Below are positions 24,945 to 36,143 of a stretch of 64,000 bases of DNA, one piece after another. The position numbers and the translations under genes are program-made. The notes under the pieces are model-generated. The model worked only from the letters and a program-made list of their open reading frames with translations. It did no database searches and was not told where the DNA came from. Within the stretch, counting starts at the first letter, position 1. Every line of letters starts with the position of its first letter. Origin of the DNA: Octopus sinensis. Its lineage: Eukaryota. The stretch spans positions 167,276,001 to 167,340,000 of the forward strand of contig NC_042997.1 in NCBI RefSeq assembly GCF_006345805.1, read 5' to 3'.

Positions 24945-25376
24945 ATTTATTTTTATTGTTACTTGTTTCAGTCATTTAACTGCGGCCATTCTGGAGCACC
25001 GCTTCTGACGGTTTTAGTCGAACAAATCGCCCCCAGAATTTACTTTTTAAGCCTTATACTTATTCTCTCGGTCTCTATTGCCCAACCGTAAAGTTACGGG
25101 GATGTAAACACACCAACACCAGTAGTCAAGCAGTGATGGGGGACATATAAGAGAAACACACACACACACATATGTATATATGTATGTGTGGGTGTGGGTG
25201 TGTATACAGCAGGCTTATTTCAGTTTCCGTCTACCAAATCCACTCACAAGGCTTTAGTTGGCCCGAGGTTATAGTAGAAGACACCTATTTAAGGTGCCAC
25301 GCAGTGAGACTGAACCTGGAACAATGTGGTTGGGAAGCAAGCTTCTTACCACACAGCCACATCTGCGCCTGCGCCA
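24945..25376 (-). mobile_element. SINE family A
   Basis: Full reverse-complement copy with (CA)/(TA) interior. Confidence 0.85.
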
Positions 25377-25383
25377 TATATTC

Positions 25384-25384
<1 letters not shown>

Positions 25385-25465
<81 letters not shown>

Positions 25466-25635
25466 GCATGCATACATACATATATACATACATACATACA
25501 TACACACATACATACATACATACATACATACATACATACATACATACATACATTCGTACATGCATGCATACATGCATATACACACACACACACATACATA
25601 CATACATACATACATACATACATACATACATACGT
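25385..25635. repeat. Compound (GATA)n(CATA)n microsatellite
   Basis: Directly visible. Confidence 0.95.
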
Positions 25636-25699
25636 GCGTTTATGTCTGTGTGTGTATATATGTGTGCGTGTGTGCATAAAGATTTGAACAAGTAAAGAA

Positions 25700-26260
25700 T
25701 TATTGTGGGATTAGAATGTTCAATGTCCCGCGGTGACCAATGGTTTCACCCGGAGATGGAAATAACAGACTGGTGAAGAATTGAGATTTATTTATAGTAT
25801 GTTTGGTGTGTATGAGGTAAGAAATGGGTGGAACTTTTAGGAAATTGTTTCTATTTTTATTTGCATGTTGTTAAATTTTATTTAATACACGTATTTGCGT
25901 ATGCGTATTCGTTCGTGGATGTGTCTATGTTTGGACAACAGAGATCGTGTGTCATAAAATAAGAAGTAGATCAAGAGGAATATGGTTTTTTTTCGGCCAG
26001 TTGTTGTGGTGAGTACCTAAAAATGGTAATTTGGCAATGAATAGGAATAAGAAGACTCTGTTCTACGAGATGGAATTTAAGGTGTGGCAAAATAGAAATT
26101 ATTAGTTTTACTATTCTTTGTATGAAGGTCAATGGGGGCTTTGAGCTATGAGTGAAGTAATTTGTTTTGTGGGATAGCGTCTGGTGGGGTGGAGGATATT
26201 GTGTTAACCTGAAAGGATGGTCTCTTTGTGGTAGATTGTGTGTGTGTGCGCGCATGCATA
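25700..26260 (-). mobile_element. Probable Penelope-like RT fragment, highly decayed
   Basis: Broken frames resembling TDxYxKxTxSxxYL..S.H..IPYSL (PIDLHTKNSKTNN.., IPYSLP). Confidence 0.4.
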
Positions 26261-26539
26261 CGTGCGTGATGTGCGTAAGGCAAGCGCTTACTTCATACTA
26301 ATAAACTATGTTAAAGAGACGAACAGACACACATGTACACACATATAGCGAGACACATACAGATACATACAATCACGCGGAAAGGCACTCAGATGCACAC
26401 AGTGAGCTAAAACCCCAGCATGCTGAGGAACCCGGATACACATTGTGTTCGTGCATGCATCTACAAAGATGTATATGTACAGCATGCAGTGGATATAAGT
26501 ACAAATACACACAAGTGCGCGCTTGTACACATATATGTG

Positions 26540-26900
26540 TATACGAGCAAAACGCCTCCCGTCCAATGGACGGTGCTGAGTTGTCAAACATTTAAGCCAA
26601 ATTTTCTCAATACAACTTTTCCGACCGTCTCATGGGCCTCCCCTTTAACCTAAATTTGAGACACCGGCGAAAGACGGATTTCGACTGATGTACTTGCGCG
26701 TACAAATGCACATTCCCACGGATTTATCGATCGCATTCTCACCTGGAATCGATTTTTGTAATTTTTTCAAGACTTATACACGCCTTGATAGCGTCGGTAT
26801 CTACATATCAAATTTGAGCGCAATCGGATGGAGGATGCCCGAGATCCTAGAAGCCACACACACACAGAACAGACAGAACCGATTTTATATGATAGATATT
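26540..26900. mobile_element. Possible Helentron/HINE (DINE-1-like) non-autonomous element
   Basis: CAAATTTGAGCGCAATCGGATG..CACACAGAACAGACAGAACCGATTTTATATGATAGAT end architecture. Confidence 0.4.
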
Positions 26901-27167
26901 GTACGCTTCATACAGCATTGAGGGTTTTAACTTTTGTTTCTTACACCCTCAGTCACAATTAATGACGATTAAATATTTCCTTTGTGGTCTTCTATTGTGC
27001 CTAGCTGCTTATGTTAATTTTCATATAAATTAAAACCTACAGACAAAATTAGCAAAGGTCACATAGTGACAGAAGGTACTGAACTAGCACCGCTTATGCT
27101 AAAATAAGAGTTAAATTAACTCTAAAGCCACAAAAGCAGTAATGACTGACAAAGATGTGTAAATCCC

Positions 27168-27355
27168 TAGCGTATATAGCCGTTGCGTCATTTCGAATTT
27201 TGGTGTAGACCACCTTAATTCACATCAGTGGCTCTTAACGCCTAAGGTTAAACTTCCTTTGTCAATCTTATAAGAAAATCCGTTAAGAGCCGCTGATGAG
27301 CATTAAGGTGGTCTCCACCAAAATTCGATATCGCTAAAAGGCTGTATATACTACG
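27168..27355. repeat. Inverted repeat (~73-bp arms, 40-bp spacer) with degenerate hammerhead-like motif
   Basis: 27168-27240 mirrors 27281-27355; CTGATGA at 27293-27299. Confidence 0.75.
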
Positions 27356-27618
27356 GACATTTAGCGATACGCAAAACCGAATCTCTAGTGAGACTTTGTA
27401 TTTATTTATTTATTTATTCATGTACCCGAAGAAAACCAGAACGCGTCGAAACATGTGTTGTACTAAATAAAATCTTTATTTTTTCCATCTATTTTATTAA
27501 TACTGTTATATATATGTGTGTGTGGGGTGTATGTGTATGCGTGTGTGTGCGTGTGTGTGTATGTGTGTATGTGTGTATGTATGTATATATATACATATAA
27601 AATACACTTCGTAAATAC

Positions 27619-27664
<46 letters not shown>

Positions 27665-27689
27665 TTGCAGAACCGCTGAAATCTACAAG

Positions 27690-27845
27690 TGTTTTTTCAT
27701 TCTCTCTCTGTTTATTTTCTCTTATTTCTTTCTGTTTCAGAGCGTAAAAGACTTTTTCATCTTCCCGCGCGTCAAAATAATACACTTGCTTGTTGTTCAT
27801 ACAACTGTCTTCGTCGTTTGCTTGTCTATAAATTTCAACTGTATA
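27690..27845 (+). mobile_element. Family H2 repeat with the hammerhead core deleted
   Basis: TTTCTG..GAGCGTAAAAGACTTTTTCATCTTCCCGCGCGTCAAA matches 56676-56800 minus the ribozyme centre. Confidence 0.55.
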
Positions 27846-27858
27846 TATATATATATAT

Positions 27859-28274
27859 GAATTTTTTGCGTAATGAGATAAAAAAAAATCAAGGCTGTGT
27901 AGATATTAGAACATTTATAGATAGAAGGTCTTATAGCTGTTTCCAGAATATTTATTAATCATATCCCTTCATCGGAGACGGTCTGAGAGTATGGGCAAGT
28001 AATAGTTAATTTAGATAGGATACAAAATAGAGAGTGAGGTGGAGGAAAGAAAATAGATATCCCTACATATCTCATATCTATTTTCTTTCCTCCACCTCAC
28101 TCTCTATTTTGTATCGTATCTAAATTGATAATTACTTAACCATACTCTCACACCGTCTCCGATGAAGAGATATAATCAATAAATATCCTGGAAACAGCTG
28201 TAAGACCTTCTATCTATAAATGTTCTAATATCTACACAGCCTTGGGTTTTTTTATCTCATTACGCAAAAAATTC
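27859..28274. repeat. 416-bp imperfect palindrome (~200-bp arms, 13-bp spacer) carrying two hammerhead-like motifs
   Basis: 27859-28060 mirrors 28074-28274; GTCT-CCGATGA-A-..-GAAA-CAGCTG-TA-AGAC at 28155-28206(+) and its counterpart at 27928-27979(-). Confidence 0.85.
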
Positions 28275-28662
28275 TTATATACACATGCTGACATATGACC
28301 AACGTTGAACCCCTTATTCGCAAAACGCCGAACCTGAACTTAACGATGGTCTGTCTATAACACTTATTCAGCATTGCCTGACACCTTTGGGTCTCAATGA
28401 CACCATTATCTCTTATAACGTATACATATATATATATGAATCCACAAATCGGAACTAGAACGTAACGGACGACAATGACAACATACGGACAGAAGGACGA
28501 TACAAACACGGACAGGAAAACCAGGTCGAAACATTTATAACTTTCTATTCTTCATTAAAGTTCTAATCATCATTACAGTTTCAGCCTGTTACACTTGAGA
28601 CTGTTCAAAATTCGTAGGCCACAAAAATCTACGTATGCATCTATATGTATGTCTGTTATTAT

Positions 28663-28722
<60 letters not shown>

Positions 28723-28723
28723 C

Positions 28724-28770
<47 letters not shown>

Positions 28771-28775
28771 ATATA

Positions 28776-29020
28776 GGCGCAGGAGTGGCCTGTGTGGTAA
28801 ATACTTGCTTACCAACCACATGGTTCCGGGTTCAGTCCCACTGCGTGGCACTTTTGGCAAGTGTCTTCTACTATAGCCTCGGGCCGACCAAAGCCTTGTG
28901 AGTGGATTTGGTAGACACACACACAGACAGAATGAATTTTATATAAGTCCTGGGCTCGACTAAAGGCGGTGCTCCAGTATGGCCGCAGTCAAATGACAGA
29001 AACAAGTAAAAGAGTAAAGA

Positions 29021-29022
<2 letters not shown>
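28776..29022 (+). mobile_element. SINE family A with internal deletion
   Basis: Head and tail present; most of the middle missing. Confidence 0.8.
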
Positions 29023-29057
<35 letters not shown>

Positions 29058-29089
29058 TGGGTTGCATATATGGATCAAAACAGTTTGAT

Positions 29090-30055
29090 TCAAATTGTTA
29101 TTCCATAGTGTCGGCATAGTTACCAGTGTCTATAGGTCTCGACATATTCCTTCTTAGCCAGGACTGGGCAGCCAGAGACATGATTTATTGTTTCTTCTCC
29201 ATAACCACATATTCTGCAGTTACCTGTATTTTTATTCATTACGTGTTTTGGGTGGTTTCTGGTGGGAAGGTTTTGATCATGTGCAGCAATTAAAAATGCT
29301 TCAGTCTCTGCTTTGAGTCCTGAGCTTCTCAGTCATTTTTGGGATTTCCCTTTGTTTATTTCTTTTCTGTTTAGCTTAACCAAATATTTGCCATGTAGGA
29401 GCTTTTCTTGCCATCATTTTATCATGATACGTTGTTGTTCCAGTTTTGGTTTGGATTGCAGTTGTTTTACAGGTTTTGTCGTTTCTTCTTTTTCTTCATA
29501 GTTGTTAGGTATTTTTTCTATTTGTCAGCTTCCTTAATGACTGAAAACAGTTTTTTGTTTTGTTCGTGTCTTGTGGCTATTTGTATTAGTTTTCCTTGCT
29601 TCTGTAGTATATGTGGTGGTTACTTTGTAATAGTTTTCTAACTGTATAAGACCTCTACCACCTTCAATACTTTGTATATATAATCTTTCTATGTCTGATT
29701 TTGGGTGGTACATCCTAAATACTGTCATTATTTTAATTGTGTTCCTGTCTATTTTGATTAGTTCATTTAGAGTCCAGTTAAGAATATTGTAGCTGTAACT
29801 TATAACTGGGACGGCTAAAGTGTTGATACCTCATCTTGTTTTTCGCATTGAGCTCTCTTTTGAGTATTAGCCTAACTCGTCTATAATATGCCTTTCTTAT
29901 CTTCTCTTTCATTTGTATATTGTATCGTGTCTAATTCATTGATTCCTAAATATTTGTATGTCTGGCTTTGGTCTAATTCTCTTATTTCATTTGTTTATCT
30001 AGTGTAATGTTGTTACTCTTAACCAGTTTTCTTCTTTTCAAGGTTGCTTTGACAC
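29090..30055 (-). mobile_element. R4/Dong-like LINE RT-to-zinc-knuckle remnant
   Basis: YKYLG, GINTLAVPVISYSYNILNWT, YHPKSDIERLYIQSIEGGRGLI, LKAETEAFLI, AHDQNLPTRN and VSGCPVLAKKEY in broken frames. Confidence 0.85.
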
Positions 30056-30080
30056 ATTATTATTATTATTATTATTATTA

Positions 30081-30129
<49 letters not shown>

Positions 30130-30145
30130 CATTATTATTATCATT

Positions 30146-30420
30146 CAGTAGTTTTATTTTTATAGGGTTCTTTCACTTCACTACCGAGCGCAGCTCTGTG
30201 TGCCTTGGGTATGTGCTGTGATTTGTTGCGATGCTCTGATGGTTACTGTATTGAAAGTGTTCTGCGTAGGATGTGTGCAGTGCCTAGTAGTGCAATTTTC
30301 TGTATGTTATATGTGTTTGTAAGTCCTGGTGTTTTTGTTATGTATTTGTCTGAATATTTTTTATCATGCCTAATGCACCTACTATGATAGGAATTGTTTC
30401 TGTTATTAGATTCCACATTC
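30146..30420 (-). mobile_element. 5'-truncated R4/Dong-like LINE 3' end
   Basis: QKIALLGTAHILRRTLSIQ* plus a short 3' UTR; (TAA)n on both sides (30057-30145, 30424-30457). Confidence 0.85.
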
Positions 30421-30422
30421 TG

Positions 30423-30457
<35 letters not shown>

Positions 30458-31318
30458 GTTAAGGCGGTGAGTAGTGGTAGTGGTAGTAGTAGTAGTAGTA
30501 GTAGTAGTAGTAATAGTAGTAGTAGTAGTAGTAGTAGCAGCAGTAGCAGCAGCAGCAGCAATAGTAGTTGTTGTAGCAGCAGCAGCAGCAATAGTAGTAG
30601 TAGTGTGAGTTGTGTTAAGACGTGTTTTGAAACAGATCTTATTGAAATGTAAAATTTCTTTCGTTAGATTTGTTGAACTTATTTTACTTTTTTTTAAATC
30701 TTGCCAGACAAGAGGAGTGGAGCTAAATGTTAATTATTATGCATCTCCGCAGTTGAAGGAGGTGAATGTTGTTAATTGTGATTTGTGTTTTCAACATGAC
30801 TGCGTGGAGAACGAAGGTAATTGGTTTGTTTAACTTATGGTAACCAATTCTCTCCTTGCGAGGACAAGGACGAAAATACTAATGTTTTGAATAAGCAATT
30901 ATTATTTTTCCCATTAGCAATTATAATTTTACACATTAACAGTAACACACGCAACAACAATTACATGAATAATGATGAAAAAAATTAATAACAAAGGCAG
31001 AAATAGTTCACACGTAGGAGAAAGACTTCAGCTTTTAGGCAGACATTCGATTTACTAGAAACACTAACAAATCTCTTTCAATTCACATCCTACCGCTTTA
31101 ACTCTTTAGCATTTAAATCGGCCATATCAGGCCTAAATATTCTACGCTTTATGTTCAAACTGACCAAATTCTACCATAAATTGTCATTCCAAAAGTATAC
31201 TATCACATCATTGAAATCTGAAGCAGCGAGATAATGAATTGAATTGAATTACGTAATTGAATTACGTCACGAAGAAAACCATTACAAACTTTTCTATCAT
31301 ATTTCATCTGGATTAAAT

Positions 31319-32287
31319 ATGTCCTGTAGTTATACTATTGTGGCCGGAGGCAGTCGGCGCTCTTTTCTGCTTACTATGCTGTCGACGACGTTATTAGTTA
31401 TGACGATTATAGTGATGACGTCTGCTCAAGACTTCGTTGAAATTACAAGCCTGGAACCCAAAGATGGTTTTAAAATTGGAGGTAGAATGAATACAACATG
31501 TAGTTATTCAATAACTAATTTGCTTACATTGTCGCTCAAGCGAAACAGCACTACAGTTGTGGATATACATTACCAAACAGAGGTAGGGAATTTTAAAATC
31601 CTAGCAGATACGGAGGGTTTTAAGTGTGATTTACCATCAAATGGAATGATTAAGTGCTGGAAAGATTCCCTCAGTTGTAAGGATGAAGCTCAGTACACAT
31701 GTACAACAAACTTTGTCACATCTACTCCAAAATTTCTAAAAGTGAAATCTTATATAAGGAGTTTGCGAGACCCCTTCCCACCTCCTGAGGAGAACCAGAT
31801 ATCTACCTTCAGATGTGATGCAGATGTTGCACGATCTGAAAATTTTGTCACCTTCAGATGGACTGTAAATCGTGGTAACGATATAGATGGGGTAGAGACA
31901 GAAGAAAGAAGAGTAAAAGTGCCAAGCAGGATCTCTTGTATTACTACAGTATACTCTGAATATAAGTACAATGTAACAATTAGAGACAGGAGCAATACGA
32001 CCGTCACCTGTACAATATTTTCAGAAAGCCTTTCCAAAACATTCTCCATCCCAGGTCTCGTTCCAGTGACAAAGATACCTGTTGTTAATACTGGATTGGA
32101 TGGTGAAGCAATTGTTGGTATTGTTCTTATTGTTATAGCCTTTATCATACTTGTTTTTCTTTTAATTTGGTTCTTTGTTATTCGCAAAAAAGCAGACAAA
32201 CCAGACCCACCTGGCAACTGGTCCACAGCTAACTCGGAAGACAACGGGTCCATCACCGACTCGGAAGATAACTGGGACAGAATATGA
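31319..32287 (+). CDS. Intronless type I transmembrane protein with two Ig-like domains (322 aa from first ATG)
   Basis: Uninterrupted ORF (the track start at 31244 is a TTG; first in-frame ATG is 31319); hydrophobic signal ending TSA|Q; Ig1 TTC..DEAQYTC; Ig2 FRC..FRW..VTC; four N-glycosylation sequons; TM AIVGIVLIVIAFIILVFLLIWFFVI followed by RKK. Confidence 0.85.
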   Translation: MSCSYTIVAGGSRRSFLLTMLSTTLLVMTIIVMTSAQDFVEITSLEPKDGFKIGGRMNTTCSYSITNLLTLSLKRNSTTVVDIHYQTEVGNFKILADTEGFKCDLPSNGMIKCWKDSLSCKDEAQYTCTTNFVTSTPKFLKVKSYIRSLRDPFPPPEENQISTFRCDADVARSENFVTFRWTVNRGNDIDGVETEERRVKVPSRISCITTVYSEYKYNVTIRDRSNTTVTCTIFSESLSKTFSIPGLVPVTKIPVVNTGLDGEAIVGIVLIVIAFIILVFLLIWFFVIRKKADKPDPPGNWSTANSEDNGSITDSEDNWDRI

Positions 32288-33039
32288 TGTTCGAGAAAAT
32301 GCTATTTATGCAAAAACTGACAAAATGAAAACAAAACAAACAGGTCGGGCCAATGCCAACCCACGAGACAATCAAAACATGAGTGTCTACACCGTGGAAG
32401 GTAAAGCAAACCCAGTAATGAATGTAGAAGATTAAGACGATGGTGGTTCCTATATGCACCAGGTTCTGCTGTGTGAAATGGTTACTGACATTAAGAAAAT
32501 ATGTGTAAATCTTTTATATACGTGTATACACACACACACACATACACACACACATTCATACACACACATATATATGTATTTTAATAACCATTGTTTTTTA
32601 TACAAAGAAGTGAATCATTTATGCTATTTTTTCATTTGTAAAAGAAAAGATTTAATTCTGTGAAATCACGCGCGCGCGCGCACACACACACACGCGCGCG
32701 TATGTACATATACATATGTATACATATACACAAAAACATATGTGCAGATATGCATACATACACAGGAATGGTCAAATTTTGCCTTTCATCTTTTGAGGAT
32801 CTTTAAGATACTAGTATTTAACTAGTTTACTTGTAAATACTAAATCTGCTATAAATTGTTTAATCTCCTTCCCCTCTAAAAAATACTGTCAGGCCTTTTC
32901 TAATGTAAGAATATATTTTTATTAGTATAATTATTATTAATAACAATAATAATAATAATGATAATGATAATGATGATTCTTTCAAATCTTGGCACAAAGG
33001 CATGAGTGGGTATGTCAGTTACATTGACTCCAGTACATG

Positions 33040-33860
33040 GCTGTTACTTGAAGATTCTATAATAATAATATTATTTTCAAAGTGGTAGATTGGTAGAACT
33101 CTATTGACCAAAATGAATGACAATATTTACTTATGGTCTTTTATGCTCTAAGTTCAATTCCTACCAAGTTCACCTTTGCCTTTCGTTCTATTTCGAGTCA
33201 GTAAAATAGAATAACAGTCAAGTATTTAAGTCGATTTAATTGATCAACCTCTTCTCGAAAATTTCTGACCTTGTACCTGTATTGGAAACAATTATCATTA
33301 TTATTATCCAAATGTTAAAATCAATGTTCTCAGTTCAAATTCTACCTGGAATTATTTCACTTTTCACTTCTATGAGTTAAGTAAAATAACTACTAGTGAT
33401 GTACTTGGTCTCAGTTAAAATATGACACTGCCTTCTCCTAAAGATTTGAGACGCTGTACCAATGAAAAAAATCATTTTCATGTTTGTTGTTCTTTGAGCA
33501 GTGGATAGCAGAATCATTAGAATTAAGGACAAAATGCCTTGTGATATCTACTGAAGTCCTTTTATCTCTTAGTTCTCTGGGGTTCAAAACACGATGTCCA
33601 ATTTGCTATACCATTGGTTGCCAACCTTTTCACTTCTAGGACCCTTTAAGCAAATTAAAAGATGTCAAGCTGCGTAATCATTTACAGGTCAGGCACAATG
33701 CCAAGCGTTTCTGGTTTCACAGTTGAAATTCTGCTGAGGTTGACTTTGCCTTTCATAGTTTTGCAGTTGATAAAATAAGTACCTGTCAATGTAATCTACT
33801 TATCCACTCCACCTAAATTTGCTGGCCTTGTGCCAGAATTCAAAACCAATTTGATTGAAT
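33040..33860 (+). mobile_element. Old SINE family B remnants
   Basis: Degenerate AGTTCAA(A)TTC and GACTTTGCCTTTCAT motifs at ~33150, 33330 and 33740. Confidence 0.55.
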
Positions 33861-33961
33861 AGGCATTATGCTTTACAGAATAGTGTGAATGCTAAAGGGA
33901 TAAAACAAGGACAAGAGAAATAGTCATGAATTACTAGTCATGTTTACTGCTTTTAAGATAA

Positions 33962-34295
33962 TGTCAATGGCTCAGTGGTTAGAGTGTCGGGCTCACAATC
34001 ATGAGGTAGTGAGTTCGATTCCAGGACCGGGCTGTATGTTGTGTTCTTGAGCAAGACATTTTATTTCACATTGCTTCAGTTCACTCGGCTGTAGAAATGA
34101 GTTGTGGCGTCACTAGTGCCAAGCTGTTTCGGCCTTTGTCTTTCCCTTAGATAACATCAGTGACGTGGAGAGGGGAGGCTGTTATGCTTGGGAAACTGCT
34201 GGTCTTCCATAAACAACCTTGCGCAGACTTGTGCCCCGCAGGGTATCTTTCTAGGTGCAATCCCATGATCATTCATGACCAATGAAGGTCTTTAC
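33962..34295 (+). mobile_element. SINE family C (tRNA head plus CORE-like domain)
   Basis: TGGCTCAGTGG A-box, GAGTTCGATTCC B-box, GTTGTGTTCTTGAGCAAGACATTTTATTTCACATTGCTTCAGTTCACTC. Confidence 0.8.
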
Positions 34296-34500
34296 GTTTG
34301 CCTTTACCCGATAAAAAGTAGAGAAAACGAGAGACGGAGAGAAGAAAAAGAGATAATAATGATTACATGAAAGATAAATATATTAATTTAATTCAAATAA
34401 TAACTTGATAAATCATCTTTGAGATTCAAGTAATAGACGTTAAAAGTTAAAATAGTATGTCTACGACTTCTTGATTCACGAATCAACAGTTCCAGTTGAC

Positions 34501-34918
34501 ACTCTTTACTCTTTTCTTTTTACTCTTTTACTTGTTTCAGTCATTTGACTGTGGCCATGCTGGAGTACCGCCTTTAATCGAGCAACTCGACCCCGGGACT
34601 TATTCTTTTGTAAGCCCAGTACTTATTCTATCGGTCTCTTTTGCCGAACCGCTAAGTGACGGGGACGTAAACACACCAGCATCGGTTGTCAAGCAATGCT
34701 AGGAGGACAAACACAGACAAACAAACACACACACGCATATATATATGCATATATACGACGGGCTTCTTTCAGTTTCCGTCTACCAAATCCACTCACAAGG
34801 ATTTGGTTGGCCCGAGGCTATAGTAGAAGACACTTGCCCAAGGTGCCACGCAGTGGGACTGAACCTGGAACCATGTGGTTGGTAAACAAGCTACTTACCA
34901 CACAGCCACTCCTGCGCC
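34501..34918 (-). mobile_element. SINE family A, full-length, young
   Basis: Nearly identical to 46023-46436 and 37832-38243. Confidence 0.92.
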
Positions 34919-35771
34919 TGACAGTGTAAAATAAATTAAAATAGGTTTACAGGTTTTTCCTTTTCCTGCATCGATATTGTTATCAACACATTGGTTTACT
35001 ATGATATCCTCCTTAAAATAATTATCTTCCCACGTGTATGCACACGTGTTGTGGCTCTAGACTCACACGCCTAACTTATACCACGAGAAAGTTAACGTGT
35101 TCGCTTAATGAATCAACATGATCAGATGCATCAACACACGCGCACAAATACGTAGACACAGAAAGAGACATATAAACATACATAAAAAGTCAATAGGTGA
35201 AACAAATAAAACTTTTACACCCAAGTGAAGAGTGAACTGTGAAGTAATCTGAAGCAGGACTTTGTTCATATTCATATGCTGAGCTATATATAAACACAAT
35301 GAAAGACCTGCAAACACAATGCAATTGTATTTAACTACTCGTAATGTACAACTTCAACATCACGCTCACGGACCTGTTCACAGAGATTCGCATATAAACA
35401 CACATATCAATTAACTTGCATGACCTGTTAAATGATTTAAAGATAGTGCTTTGTTCTGTTTAGAAATTATTAGCTATTTATTTTTTACGTGTTTCTTGAG
35501 CAGTATTTGCGAATATAATTGAGAAAAAAATAGAATTTTAGTAAGAAAAACGCTTCATAATCCCTTATATGCGTTATTTGTTTTTATTTTAATTCTTTGA
35601 AAAATAATTTCACGTTTTACTTATCGTCTTTTCCGGCGTATAAGTCGGCGTAGTATATTGAGTATAAACATTCAGACATCGTCACTATCTTTCCAAATCC
35701 TGCTGCACTTCGCATAGAACTTTTGGTCCTCGAAATTTGTCTTGGTGTATAAGACGATTAACCTTTTGGGG

Positions 35772-35979
35772 CTCTTTTACTCTTTTACTTGTTTTAGGCA
35801 TTTGACTGCGGCCATGCTGGAGCACCGCCTTTAGTCGAGGGAATCGATCCCAGAACTTATTCTTTGTAAGCCTAGTACTTACTCTATCGGTCTCTTTTGC
35901 CGAACCGCTAAGTTACGGGGACGTAAACACACCAGCATCGGTTATCAAGCGATGTTGGGGGACAGATACAGACACACAA

Positions 35980-36010
<31 letters not shown>

Positions 36011-36143
36011 CATATATACGACGGGCTTCTTTCAGTTTCCGTCTACCAAATCCACTCACAAGGCTTTGGTCGGCCCGAGGCTACTGAACCCGGAGCCATG
36101 TGGTTCGTAGGCAAGCTACTTACCACACAGCCACTCCTGCGCC
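35772..36143 (-). mobile_element. SINE family A with a deletion in the head
   Basis: Reverse-complement match to the family consensus. Confidence 0.88.

Noticed and set aside
27422-27463. CCGAAGA..GTC-GAAA-CATGT-G hammerhead-like motif
   Set aside because: U4 is changed, stem II is weak and position 17 is G; at best a decayed remnant
31244-31318. N-terminal 25 aa of the 347-aa ORF in the track
   Set aside because: Starts at TTG; the eukaryotic start is more plausibly ATG 31319, which precedes the signal peptide
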